A DNA stretch of 63,933 nt, counting the filler, from Octopus bimaculoides (Eukaryota): assembly GCF_001194135.2 (NCBI RefSeq). It is 7 parts of 6 records of this genome, joined end to end, with 100 filler letters (N's around TTAATTAATTAA, not from the genome) between each part and the next. Parts side by side here need not be neighbours in the genome. Positions count along the whole stretch, not along the records: positions 14,155 to 32,266 come from NC_068982.1; positions 32,367 to 48,631 come from NC_069004.1; 5 more parts are not named here. One strand, given 5' to 3'. The notes beneath the pieces were generated by a model. It was not told where the DNA came from. It ran no database searches and saw only the letters and a program-made list of their open reading frames with translations. Of this stretch, positions 26,339 through 40,095 are shown piece after piece; the first letter of the stretch is position 1, and each line of letters starts with the position of its first letter. The translations under genes were made by a program, and so were the position numbers.

Positions 26339-27851
26339 GTCTGTCTGTCTGTCTATCTGTCTGTCTGTCTGTCTGTCCGTCCGTCCGTCCGTCCGTCTGT
26401 CCGTCCGTCTGTCCGTCCGTCCGGCCGGCCGGCCGTCCATCTGTCTGTCTGTCTGTCTGTCTGTCTTCTGTCCGTCCGTCCGTCCGTCCGTCTGTCTGTC
26501 TGTCTGTCCGTCTGTCCGTCTATCTGTTTGTTTGTCTAACTAACCAACCAACTAACTAAATAATTTATTCAGAAGGCACTGGGCACTCCGGGTTTCTAAC
26601 AGAAGACATGTCCAAGGTGCCGCGTAGTGAATCCGAACTTGAAACTATATGGTCGTATAGTGAGCTTTTTAACTACACACCAATGCCTCTTCCCTTTTCA
26701 AGATAGTCGGGTGTAATTTGTGAGTAACTTGAAGACGATTTGACTGCTATTGTGCTAGTGTGTCCAGCGAACCATGTAGAGGCTCTCTCATTGCGCCGTA
26801 CATACTCGTCTGACATCCTCATCGGCAATACAGATCACTTCGAATTCATGTCAAAGTCACAGATAGTGAATGCAGGATTACGCTCAACCTTCATGTCTTT
26901 GTAATGGGTTAAGTCGTGTGTCAATAACTACAGGACTATCTCTTGATGTATATATTTTTAAGAACTGCTTAAGTCTTTTTAAAGTCAATATACCCACAGA
27001 AATTCTCTTATTACATCAGTAACTGTGAAGATCAGGCTTCACACTGTTGAAATAGTTACATTCCTCGCAGTTTTATTGCTATATAGAGAGAGTGAGCTTT
27101 GCAGAGAAATCGTTCAAAATACTTCAACAGTTTCCGCTCTGAGATACCGGCCTCACCTGACGTCAGAAACACTCTGGTGAGCACCACCTGCTTCAACGGA
27201 AGCTTCTGGAATTGATTTGATGCAGTCAGGTTTATTATTATTTAAAAAAATTTAAGTCATGAAACGGAGTTAATACTAAAGTACAGTAGATTCTTTCCTT
27301 ATCATTCATTTCATTGTAGGAAGTGCGTGAACAGGGCAGAAAATAACTTCAGTTATAAAGAGAGGGAAAATAAAACATTATACATCGAATAAGGTATTTA
27401 TAATATTAGACAAAGAAAAGAGATGCAGATAACTGGTAAAATTGTGTATACAAAATATCGAGTTTGTTATATATAAATATACGATAACTTAAACAAGTTT
27501 TGTGTGTGTGTGCATGTGTGCATGTGTGTGTGTTTGTGCGCGCGCGCGCGTATATGTGTGTATGTGCGTGCGTGCGTGCGTGTGTGTGTGTGTGTGTGTG
27601 TTAAAAGCGACAGAAAAATTACGGCGAAATTGCTGTAGGAAGTAGAATATCCAACGCTTCGGATAAAGTCCGTCTTCAAGATAAAGTTGATAGGAGAGAA
27701 AAATAAGAGACTGTACTCTTTCTGTCGACCTTTCCAAATAATACAAGTCTTGCCGACACAGACTACTATTAGTCTCCTTGCATTCTACTATTNNNNNNNN
27801 NNNNNNNNNNNNNNNNNNNNNNNNNNNNNNNNNNNNNNNNNNNNNNNNNNN

Positions 27852-27904
<53 letters not shown>

Positions 27905-29777
27905 ACTGCAACTATGTGAAATAAGACACGGTGCAACGGGTGCAAATCTCTTGCAAGTGTTGCACTAGCTGTGCAATTTAAGAAATCTATATTGCTAGTT
28001 ATAGTTGTTTTTTTCCAGGTCGTATTGACCATAGATTTCGTTCATACATCACGCCTTATAAATGCAATATATATATATATATAACATTTGCAAAAACGAA
28101 TGATAATTGTGAACGAAACGATGGCGCAATCAACGAGAAAGTCACAGGTTCCATTAATTTGCAATTAGATAGTTTAAGAGGCGCCAGTATGTTTTGATAA
28201 TGTCTCGTTTTGTGCAGCAACTTCGTTTCCATCTCGTATAGACAGTGTGACTCCATTCAAAATATTATAATGCAAAAAACTCTCTCTCTCATTCTCTCTA
28301 CATGTGCGTGTGTGTGTGTGTGTGAGCGTGCGTGCTTATGCACGTGCATATGTATATATGTAGTAAATATGGAGAGTGCTTTGCGTATGTAAACATGAAA
28401 ATACTTAATACACTGTTGTAGTGAAAACGTGGATGGTCTGCGTTATGTGTGTGTGTGTACATTATTTATGTATGTGTCTTGGTATTTGTCCAGCCACCGC
28501 TTGACAACAGGTGTTGATTTTGTTTACGTCTGCGTAACTTAGGGGTTCGAAATAAGTTGTCTAAAGAACAAGTGCAAACCTTTAAAAAATAAGAACTGGG
28601 ATTGATTTGTTCGAATAAATCCTTCAAGACGGTACCCTAGCATGGCTGCAATCCAATAACTGAAACAAATAAAAGAATATAAAGGTCTAAAATGCAGTTA
28701 CATTTGTGTAATTTTATTTACAGAGAGATGTGCGTGCGTTCTTTATCAAGTTTTTGTTAATATTTTTGTCTAAACATATGTGAGAGAAATAAGCAAGTAT
28801 GCATGTGAGAAAAAGGCGTTAGAATGGAAAGGCATAACGTGTAAGATTTGTTTTAAAAACCATGATGCCTTTGATCACGAATTCCTGTCACAACACAAGC
28901 CAATGTCTCGAGAGGAGTCAAGATGCAGGCTGGATATAAGTACCTTTTAGGATGTTCTACATACATTTTGGTGCATATATCAAACAAATACCAGTGGACT
29001 TTTGATGTTTGACAACAATTACCACAACTGCAGCGAGATGTCATTGACTGGAATAAATGTCGAAAGGCGTGTCTACATGTTTGCATGGGTGATTTAGCAC
29101 ATGGAGTTATTTTGTTCTCAAATGTAGAATTGTTGTTCAGACTGCTATTTGCACATAGAAAATTTTGTGTTCGATCCCAGAAAGAGTGAACTGTTACATG
29201 CTTATAGAGCAACTATTTACAGAAAAACGTCAATACACACACAAACACAAATCTAATGAAATCATTCCGTTTATTAGAGGGCTATTGTCATTGTTGTTTT
29301 GCTGCAGGTGTGCCGAATGGAGCAGACAGACCTGTGGTCAAAGGTGTTTTAGTCATGACTATGTCATCTCTTTAGTTATTAATTTACTGATTTTGCATAT
29401 CTGAAACTCACCTGCCAAATGTATTCGTCATTATTTAAGACAATACGCATGATTTATAGGAGATTTGGCTGTAATTTCTAGCGGTTCAGTCTACCACATA
29501 GAGGCTCCTTCATTGCCTCGAATATATGTGTGAGAATGAGAGAGCGCAAGGAAAAAAGGGAAAAAGAAAGAACACATAGACATATAGACATATTTTATCT
29601 TCTATCATAATTCCATTCGTATCTAGGGTGTATTATAGAAATATGGGGCGGCTGCAGTACATGTTTAACACTTTATTGTATCGTCCCCAGACGGTGGGAA
29701 GGCAAAGTGGACCATGTCAGGGTTTGAACATAAAGGCTGCAAAACAGTTTTTTTTCACACTGTAATGAATCATAATT

Positions 29778-30090
29778 GGCACTCTGTTGGTTACGACGAT
29801 GAGATTCCAGTTGATCCAATCAATGGAACATCCTGCTCGTGAAATTAACGTGCAAGTGGCTGAGCACTCCACAGGCACATGTACCCTTAACATAATTCTC
29901 AAGGAGATTCAGCGGGACACAGAATGTGACAAGGCTGGCCCATTGAATTACAGGTACAACTCATTTTTGCCAGCTGGGTGGACTGGAGCAACGTGAAATA
30001 AAGTGTCTGGCTCAAGGACACAATGCACCTCCAGGAATCGAACTCACGGCCTTACAATCGTGAGCCAAATACGCTAACCACTAAGCCACA
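29778..30090 (-). mobile_element. tRNA-derived SINE (third family)
   Basis: Minus-strand head tgtggcttagtggttagcg...gagttcgattcc. The 3' part is shared with the plus-strand fragment at about 4400-4580. Confidence 0.75.
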
Positions 30091-30189
30091 TGATAGACAA
30101 ACGAAAGATAAGAAATATAAATAAAAAAGAGAAAAGAAAAGGAGATAAACAAAATACTTCTCTTCCTTCAGGAACCAACGTGGTACTCT

Positions 30190-30520
30190 TTACGAGGTTG
30201 CTCAGCCAGTCTTTTTACGAGCTTGGTCTGAAGGATGAGGCAAGGCCTATGGCCTCCGCATGCTCTCGGAGATGGGCGAGATTGATGCTGGTAATGTTCC
30301 GCTTAAACTATTACTAGAGAACAACTGCAAGAAAGACTTGTGCAAGGAGGGATTTCAAATGGGCCAACGTTCAGAGGAGGAAGGACTGAGCGTAGTGGTT
30401 AGTGCAGCGTCTGAAGGAGTGTGTGACCACAACATGGGTGATGAGAGGAGGAGAGACGTGTTTGAGTGAAGGTTACCTGTGGCGTAGATAGAGTATGCGT
30501 GGCTCGGAGAAGCCCTTGAG
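30190..30520 (-). mobile_element. CR1/Zenon-like LINE 3' remnant
   Basis: RRCTNHYAQSFL..TLAHLKSLLAQVF...FKRNITSINL resembles RT.HY..SFF.RT..LWN.LP..VFP...FK..IN. Confidence 0.5.
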
Positions 30521-30700
30521 TTTGCCACCCCCTATACAGGCTTATACATAAAACCTATAAATGCCGCCTCTATAAAAGTGCCGTCGGAGACGGATAACCC
30601 CCGTCTTTTCCCCTCACCCTTACTACACAACTGGCAGAGTCACAAGACCGGTAGCTCTGAAAAGTAAGGCCAGTGTAGTAGCGAGCGAGCGAGAGAGAAG

Positions 30701-30761
<61 letters not shown>

Positions 30762-32052
30762 GGAAAGAAAGGAGGAGAAGAGAGGAAGGAGGGAGGGGGA
30801 AAAGAACAGGGAGTAGCATACATAAATCAGACAGAGGCTGGAGCGTGTCTGTAAGTGGGGCAAAGAGCCTTTCTCTTGATGCGGTGGTCTAGGATGCCTG
30901 TGTGTCTGTAGCAGAAATACCGTCCCGAACGTGGGAGCATATGGGTCATATCTGTATTATGCAGAGGGTTATAAGTTACTGGCCGTCAGCATGAGTGATA
31001 TACGATACTATAACTTCTTTACAAAATTCTATCATAGGCATGCATGGCTGTCTGGTAAAGTCTCGCGCTTTGCAACCATGTGCTTTCGGATTCAGTCCAA
31101 CTGCACGGCAACATAGGTAAGTTCTTTCTACTATAGCCACGGGCCGAGCAAAACCTTGCTAGTAAATTTGATGGACGGACACTGTGTGGGATCCCGTCGT
31201 ATAAATATATATATATATATANNNNNNNNNNNNNNNNNNNNNNNNNNNNNNNNNNNNNNNNNNNNNNNNNNNNNNNNNNNNNNNNNNNNNNNNNNNNNNN
31301 NNNNNNNNNNNNNNNNNNNNNNNNNNNNNNNNNNNNNNNNNNNNNNNNNNNNNNNNNNNNNNNNNNNNNNNNNNNNNNNNNNNNNNNNNNNNNNNNNNNN
31401 NNNNNNNNNNNNNNNNNNNNNNNNNNNNNNNNNATATAGGTGTATGTGTGTGTGTGTTTGTATTTGCCCACCACCACTACCACCACCACCACCACCACCA
31501 CCACCTCCACCACCACCACCACCACCACTTGACACCGATGATGGTTTGTTTACATCCTCGTCACTAAGCGGGTCAACAAAATCGATCAAAAGAAAAAGTG
31601 GCACACCTAAAAATAAGTGCCGGGGTCGATTTGTTAGATTAAACCCTGGCTGTAGTCCATTAACTGGAACAAATAAAAGATGAAAATACTCGCAATGAAA
31701 GGATCCCTGGTTTTCTGCCATTTTATTTGTCTACCCTAATCGGTGTGTCTATAGAGACTGTGGGGTGAATTTCTTTTGGTACTGATTTTAAGAGAGAGAA
31801 CTTCTCACGCCCTAGAACAGTGTTAATGGATTGTATAGTTCTAGACGCAACACACGAAGAAAAAATGGGATGGTCACGGCTGGAATACCTTTGATTATAC
31901 GTCAGCTCGATCAGATCTGACTTGGTGCTAAACAGCCACAACAACCTTTCTCCTCTGTCTGTCTGTCTCTGTCTCTCTCTATACACACACACACACAGAC
32001 ACACATATATATATATGCATACATACATATACACACCACACACACACACACA

Positions 32053-32217
32053 GAGTGGCTGTGTGGTAAGTAGCTTGCTTACCAACCACATGGTTCCGGG
32101 TTCAGTCCCACTGCGTGGCACTTTGGGCAAAGTGTCTTCGACTATAGCCTCGGGCCAACCAAAGCCTTGTGAGTGGATTTGGTAGACGGAAGCTGAAAGA
32201 AGCCCGTCGTATATATG

Positions 32218-32266
<49 letters not shown>

Positions 32267-32441
32267 NNNNNNNNNNNNNNNNNNNNNNNNNNNNNNNNNN
32301 NNNNNNNNNNTTAATTAATTAANNNNNNNNNNNNNNNNNNNNNNNNNNNNNNNNNNNNNNNNNNNNTCTTCTACTATAGCCTCAGGCCGACCAAAGCTTT
32401 GCGAGTGGATTTGGTAGACGGAAACTGAAAGAAGCCCGTCG

Positions 32442-32479
<38 letters not shown>

Positions 32480-32710
32480 AATGTATGTGTGTGTATATGT
32501 TTGTGTGTCTGTGTTTGTCTCCCCCAACATCGCTTGACAACCGATGCTGGTGTGTTTACGTCCCCGTAACTTAGCGGTTCGGCTAAATAGACCGATAGAA
32601 TAAGTACTAGGCTTCCAAAGAATAAGTCCTGGGGTCGATTTGCTCGACTAAAGGTGGTGCTCCAGCATGGCCGCAGTCAAATGACTGAAACAAGTAAAAG
32701 AGTAAAGAGA
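32053..32710 (+). mobile_element. Plus-strand copy of the second SINE family, partly duplicated across an assembly gap
   Basis: Head at 32053; tail ggtggtgctccagcatggccgcagtcaaatgactgaaac at 32653-32691. Confidence 0.85.
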
Positions 32711-34688
32711 GTATATGACGATGATGTTGATGGAAATGGTTATGATGCAAGTACTGATAATGGAAGGTCATGGTGGTGGTTTAGCGGTTCCCTTGATGGA
32801 TACAAAAAGGGCTATCTGTTCTTAGAGGACGACTATGATGATGGTTGGAGTGGGGAAGAAGGCGGTGAGGAGACGGAGTTACGGGAGAAGGGCGAGGTCG
32901 TGATGGTAGTGATGGCTACTATGGCGATAATGGTAATGTTAGTAGTGGCGGTGGTGATAATGATTGTGAGGTTAGTGATGATGATGATGATGATGATGGT
33001 GAAAGAACATGAGGAGGGAAAGGAGGGGTAAAAAGGAGCGGAGTAAGAGACTAGATTTCTTTTGATCTAACAAATAAAGGAATAGAAATCTAAACAAGAC
33101 TGAAATAACAGTCACAGAGAAACTAGAGTTGAAGAAATTACCTAGCCAAGATATCTCGAGGAATTTTGAAAAAATTGCCAAACCGAAAATCAAAATCAAT
33201 AACATATCTAACAACTTCAGTCAAGTCTCTATGCAACAAGTTACAGTTTGTGTTGTTTTCACCATTTTCTGACGTGTTTTCTTTTGGACCAAAACCAAGA
33301 TTTATTCTTCTCTTTGGCATCTGGGATCTTTGTAGTCTTCGTCACTGTTTATAATTTTGTTCCAGTTGTTTTCAAATTTGGTATATTGATAAGTTTTGTA
33401 TACTAATTATACTACCTATAAATCCATAATTAAAAAGTTATTAGCCTTTAGAATTTGCAAAATTTGGGTATTTTAGCCTATCAGAAGCGCGTATTTTACG
33501 CATCACCATGGCGAAGAACTGTTTCCATAGTAACCAAAGATGCAGCGTATGCACATAGGGACGAAAAAGAGATACGAGAAAGATAATCTACTATCATAAT
33601 ACTCTTGTGTTTTTCTCCGTCAGAACATGAATGAGGAAGGAAGAGGTGATAGATGAGTAAGGAAGGAAGGGGTGCTGGCAAACTGGTGGGACGGTGAACA
33701 TTCATTGACAAGTGTATTAATTTGATTTACCATTCAGAGTACAGCTGTGAGTGCATTACTAATTAAAAGATGTAATATCTAATCCCACTTAAATGTGGAT
33801 GTTTTGTTGGAACAACCTTTACTGCGGTCGATGCCATGAGAGAAACTCTCATACAGGCTTGTTTATATTGCGAGCAGGGAGATAATTTCTTGCCACCTCT
33901 ATCTCCGAGACCACCAGATCACGAGATTTTTATTTCCCTTGGTCTCATCGGTGTTGGACGCTCGACCGCTAGCAATATATAGAAAATCAGTGCCTTAACA
34001 GGCACTGGTGTCGCGATTAGCCAGTGGGCTTGAGAGTATCTCTCATGGTAACCACAGCAGTATAGTTTGTTCTAACAGAACATCCAGGTTTAAGTGGGAA
34101 TAAATATCTCTCAGTATAAATACTACCGCTGTCGCTAATGTATACTTAATGATTAAAACTGTTCAACTGCTTGACTCTTGGCGATTTCCTCTCTCTCTCT
34201 CTCTGCTTTCTTTATAGTTATATAATTTACCCTTTTCTCCATTTTGTGGGTGGTTGGTGGAATTAAGTATATATTGCTCAATTTAAAGTATAGGTGTAAA
34301 AAGTTCTAGCCCAGCTAAAGTGGAGTATGGCATCTTATGAAAAGGATGTTTTGTTTCTTCCGTCATCTGTAATAATTTTCAAATGCAAAATATTAGAGAT
34401 GGAACCTGGCTAAGTGGTAGAATAATTCCATTTCACAAGAAATGGTTCTTGTATACGTTATCAAGCGAGACCTCTTCACTTGTGTGAATGAACTTACCCA
34501 GTAAACCAACCACACACACACGAATGTGTAGTATATTCGCGTGGGTATGTGTTTGAGGGTGGATGTACATACATACATACATATACAACCTGCTGTGGTT
34601 GTTTAACGAAACATTTTACTAAGTGGAAATCCATATGTTCAACAGTCGTTCGTGTAAAACAAAAAATAAATAATTGCAGAGAGAGAGA

Positions 34689-34730
<42 letters not shown>

Positions 34731-35479
34731 CAGAAAGACGGAGAGGGAGACGAATGGAAGGAACGAGAGATAATATAGAGGGGGTGTGGGGAAAACTGTA
34801 AAAGAGAGTGAAAATATACAAGAGATATTGGTAAGATGTGGATGGCAATGCTGCCAAGTGGGAATCAAGTTTATAAAAGTTTCTTGAAAGTAAAAGAAAC
34901 AGTTTTTCAGTAGTAATGCCATCTTGGAACAAACTTGGGGCGTTTCGCGTATATTTGTTTGTGTGTGTGTTTTTCTGCGTGTGCTTGTGTGTGACTGTCT
35001 GAGAGTAGGTATGTATGTATATAGGCATGTCTGTGTGTATCTATATTTATGCGCCTGGACCTGTGCGTATCTATGTGTCATAAATACACACGCGCTTTCA
35101 TGCGTGTGTGTGTGTTTATATGTATGTGCCTGTACCTGTGTAGGGTTGTGTGTATGTGTATATATTTTCTTAGCTATGTGTGTATGTTTGTAGGCGTGTG
35201 TATATGTGTGTATCTATAAGCGCACATGTGAGTGTGTGTATTTCCTCTACCCCCCCCCCCACTGTTGTTGCTGTTGCGTCTTGTCTTGGAGAGAAAAAAA
35301 AATGTAGCAGAGAAGGCTAGATTGCAAAGAACCAGTAAATTCGTTACAGCACGGAAGGCGGTGCTCCAGCATAAGCTGTACATTTACAGCTAAAACAACA
35401 CCAAAAACAACTAAAGAATAAATGTAAATCCCAGAGTTAAAATCTTGCTGTGTATGACATTTAGAATTTCTTGGGCCAA

Positions 35480-35800
35480 GAATTTGAGGCGGCGGTGATT
35501 ATCCGAACTCAAGGTACTATGGTGCAGTAAAGTGTTGGATAGATGCTGTTCAAGAGACTGTACTATATTTTACTATTTTTAGGCGTAACTCATCGTAAGA
35601 TAAATACCACCATGACCGATATCCAGACTACAGTGGAGAAGGCTAGCCACTGGATTTGGTTAAAAAGAGACGACGAGCGATGGCTAGAGAAATATTGAGC
35701 TTTGTTTTTAATAACCAGTTGATCTAGCAAGCGGGGCCTCATATCAGAGAGGTAGGCCCCGAAACGGCGCGTATTCTCTCCTGATGACCCCATACACTTC
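35480..35800 (+). mobile_element. Possible HERO/R2-group non-LTR element 3' end
   Basis: TVEKASHWIWLKRDDERW...* resembles the AE.AS.W.WLKR.D..W terminus as I recall it. The 3' UTR contains CCCGAAAC...CTGATGA. Confidence 0.4.
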
Positions 35801-37838
35801 CTGGCTTCCGGTACGCGGAGTTCTCGACTGGTAGCACTTGCATGTGCGAGTTGTTTGCAAGACATACTCAGAGTGCTTATGTCGGTTTCAAATTTTAGCA
35901 CAAGTCCAGCGATTTCGTGGGGAGGGAGAAAGTCGATTACATCGATCCCTAGTGCTCAACTGGTCCTTATTTTATAGAAACAAAAGTAATGACAGGTAAA
36001 GTCAGCCACGGTGGAATCTGAACTCAGACATACAAAATGCCGCTAAGCATTTTGCCTGGTAGGCTAACGATCCTGCCAGTTCGCTGCCATATTTGGTTCA
36101 TGAACAGAATGATGGACAGCTAACTGTGAGATCGGTGGTTCGTATTCAAATTGTACCAGTGGTAAGAACACTTAGCTTGCAAATAACTTACTCTACGTAG
36201 CAGTAATTGGGTACCAGAGCCATGTGGTTTAAACAATGCTCCAAGAACAAGCCATCGAAAGAGCCACTATTTTCTTCAAACAACGCTATCGTGTTTTATA
36301 AAGGGACATGTTGGGCAACATGATCCGAGTTACATTGTCTCAAAATCAGAGGGGACGGTCATCATTGGAATGCCTTTCAATACATATCTGCTCAGTCTGT
36401 GCTGACCTGAGGCTAAACAATAACCACATTTTTTTTGCCATTTTAAATATCTTATATTTTACTTGTTTCAGTCATTAGACTGCGGTCATACTGGGGCACA
36501 ACCTTGAAGCTTTAGTCGAATAAATCTACCCTATTACTTTCTTAAAGTCTGGTACTTACTCTATCGGTCTCTTCTGCCAGGAACGTAAACACACTAACAC
36601 CGGTTGTCAAGCCGTAGTGGGGGAAAACACAGAAACATACATATACATATGTACACACTCACGATGGGCTTCTTTCAGTTTCCGTCTACCAAATCCACTC
36701 ACAGGGCTTTGGTCGGCTCGAGGCTATAGTAGAAGACACTTGCAGAAGGTGCCATGCACTGGGACTGAACTCGGAACCATGTGGTTGGGAAGCAAGCTTC
36801 TTACCACACAGCCATGTAGACACTTCTTCAATTTCGTTAATTCTACAGAGGATTCACCGAAGACTGAGGTTTGGGTATTTAGGATTAGGGATTCATTGTG
36901 TTGTGGTTGTATAATGTTGTAGCTACGGTGTGGTCGTGTTGTAGTTGGCTGGTTGATTGGTTGCAGTCTTGAATTGGTTGTGACAGTCTTGAATCGGTTG
37001 CCGTTTGGTTGCAGTGTGGTGGTCCTACTGAGGCTGTGTTGGCGGCGGCGGTAGTGAGATTTTAGTTCAGTGATTTGTAGTATGAGATTTTCAGAGGCGG
37101 TGGTGAGAATGGAATTGGTAGCAACGATATAGTTGTTGATGATGGACGATGTTTGCAAATCGGGACGCTATTAGTGTTATATTTTGATAAGATACACACA
37201 TACACCCACACATATATCGCTTTAGATTCAGACTCCAAATAACCAAATAATAATGGTTCATCTTTGATGAGAGATAATTACTCAAAACAGATCTGTAAAG
37301 AGATTCTCAATTATTATTATAATTATTATTATTATTCTGCCTACTTCAAAGAACAATAGAATATTTCCAGCTTATTTCAATATCAACTAATTCCATCGAG
37401 AACAATTTGCAGGTGTTCCGCTTAGAAGGAAAAAATGAAACAAGAAATATCATAACAAAACAATGTTGAGATTATTTTTCAGTCAAAAAAAAAAACTCTC
37501 GTGTTTATGGAACCCTGTACAGAATTTTATATGAAAATATAAAAAGCACAGAAAAAATAGTATTCTGTCGTATTAAATGATTGTTTCACTTGCATTTGTG
37601 TTGTTTTCCGTTGTTTGAAATGTACAGATAGGTTTTGATGGGAGAAAATATCATTAATTTCCTTCTGAATATAAAAAAGACTGTGCACAATATTAATAAT
37701 TTATTTATTATCATTTTTTTTTTCAAAGCACCCCCCCCNNNNNNNNNNNNNNNNNNNNNNNNNNNNNNNNNNNNNNNNNNNNNNNNNNNNNNNNNNNNNN
37801 NNNNNNNNNNNNNNNNNNNNNNNNNNNNNNNNNNNNNN

Positions 37839-37874
<36 letters not shown>

Positions 37875-37959
37875 GCAAACTTAGAGAGAGAAATAGAAAA
37901 GGAAAAAAATAGATATATTAACGCGCACATGCACACACATGCATAGAAATATACGAATA

Positions 37960-38409
37960 CATAAGCGCGCGCTCATGCTCACACAGACACACCGAGAGTA
38001 GAGTAGAGCCTCGCTCCGAGTTCAGCTTGTTTGCCGTTTACATAGTGTAGCGTGCGTCGTACTCAGGCGCGCTGTCAGTGGAAGCAAGCAAGTAGTGGAA
38101 GCAGGTTGTTGTTTCTGTGTTAGCAGTCGCTCTATAACAATAACAACAATAACATACCACAACACCATTAATAATAATACTAACATCATTATTATTAACA
38201 CAAGAAGCAGTGAGGAAGAACTACATACGTTTGGAAATCAGTTATTCCTAAAATAAGACCAAATAATCATTAGCGTCAGTCAACAGATCTCGTACCCATT
38301 TTCTCTTTCACTATTCGGAGTGTATATAAATAGAAATATATATATTATATATATAGTGGAGTATATAATATATAATATATATATCGATATATAAATAATT
38401 ATATTTACG
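37960..38409 (+). promoter_or_regulatory. Probable promoter/5' UTR of the USP-like gene
   Basis: Non-repetitive, locally CpG-richer stretch (gcgcgctc..., cgtgcgtcgtactcaggcgcgctg) directly upstream of the ATG. Position-based inference only. Confidence 0.35.
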
Positions 38410-38485
38410 ATGGCGATGACAGGTGAAAAACGAAATGTCATTTTAGCAATGGATGGAAGCGAACATTCCAATTTTGCTTTAGAAT
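38410..38485 (+). CDS. First coding exon of a universal stress protein A-like (USP domain) gene; downstream exons not identified in the window
   Basis: ATG at 38410 gives MAMTGEKRNVILAMDGSEHSNFALE plus 1 nt, followed by a GTAAGT donor (phase 1). This matches the USP N-terminus (R.V.IA.DGS..S..A.EW); the split codon T|GG would give the conserved Trp. Too short to appear in the ORF track. Confidence 0.8.
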
Positions 38486-38779
38486 GTAAGTAAATTTTGG
38501 ATTTTTATTTAATTACTCTTTTTGTTTTTGTTTTTGTTTCTACCTCTCTCTTTCTCTCCTCCAGCTCTTGTTTGTGTCTTTACTCGCTGAAATTAAGAAG
38601 CGTCAGGCGTGTGAGTGCGTTCGTGTGTGTGTGTGTGTGTGTGTGTGAGTGAGTGTTTGTATGTGCGTGTGTGTGGTGTGTGTGCTTTCTTTCAAACTGA
38701 AATTCTATGTGGGGGGGGGGCTTGACTTCGAGCTTTGTCTTGTGCTTTTTCATGATACCGCTGCATGGCACACACACAC

Positions 38780-38906
38780 ATTATCTCTCGCATACACTCT
38801 CACACTACAACACACACACACACATATATATTCTCCTCCCCCCACTTCACACACAGAGAATCTGTCTCTCTCACTCACAAACACAGTCTCACACACACAA
38901 ACACAG

Positions 38907-38943
<37 letters not shown>

Positions 38944-39400
38944 CTCTCTCTCAGTTTCTCTCACTCACTTACGCACACAGTTTCTCTCTCTCTCACACAC
39001 ACACACACACAGAGTCTCACTCATACACACAGTCCCTCTCTCACTCACAGTCTCCCTCATTCACACACACACACACATACAGTCTCTCTCTCAGTTTCTC
39101 TCTCACTCACTTACGCACACAGTCTCTCTCTCTCTCACACTCATACACACAGTCCCTCTCTCACTCATACACAGTCTCCCTCATTCACACACACACACAC
39201 ACACACACAGTCTCTCTCACTCACACACATTGTCCCTCTCTCTATCATACATACACTCTCTCGCATACAGACACACACGTCTCTCTCACACACAATACAT
39301 AGACAAAAAAGACACACACACTCACACACACGTCTCTCTCACACACAATATATACAGACAGACACACACACACACAAACACATACACACAGGTTTTGCAT
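38780..39400. repeat. Compound (CA)n/(CT)n minisatellite
   Basis: Recurring cacacacagtctctctctc / cagtccctctctcactca units. Confidence 0.85.
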
Positions 39401-39813
39401 TATATTATCTAAATGAAAATTCAGATGATGCCTACAAAAGGTGATGACAAATGCAAATACACATTTATTTATTAGTGGGAGCCGCCTATTGTGATCACTT
39501 TGGGATGACGCCTTTCCGATTACAATAACCGGTTCAAAGCATTACCCATGGTTATAATAACCAACCTTCATGTGTATTTGTTTGTGCGTGTGTAAAAACG
39601 TTTCACGCCTCCATTAAATAAGAAACCAAAAAAACTCCACCCCCACCCAACAATAAAGGCCATCTCTGCTAAATTTAAAGGAAGTCTGTCAATGGGTTAT
39701 ATAAACAGAATGCGATGCCACCAACCTGGAACGTAATGAATACCAAGATCTAACCTTCTGTGACATGAAGATGCTAATAATAGAAGTACCGATGATGCGG
39801 GCGTGTGTGTGTG

Positions 39814-39855
<42 letters not shown>

Positions 39856-39884
39856 TATACACACACACACACACACAAATCAAC

Positions 39885-40095
39885 GGGTACTGAAAAGTTC
39901 TTGGCTTTGGGTAAAAGAAAATACACCTGGATTAGTTAATTAGGATTTTATTCATCATATTCACCTCTCAGATGCACGCCCTTACTGCAACGGTCCTTCA
40001 GTTTTTCTAAGCCTCGTGAAAGAACTCGAGCGGTTAGGCCTCCATCAAGGCTTTTCGCGATTCTCTTCAAACCAGGCGCTTTTCAGCACCACCCC
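39885..40095. mobile_element. Mariner-like MITE
   Basis: gggtactgaaaagttc ... cttttcagcacc inverted ends resembling mariner TIRs. Confidence 0.5.

Noticed and set aside
35743-35790. Hammerhead-like pieces GGGGCCT..AGGCCCC-GAAAC-GGCGC-GTA ... CTGATGA
   Set aside because: The order and pairing fit no type I, II or III topology: no core precedes stem II and no stem I hairpin can form.
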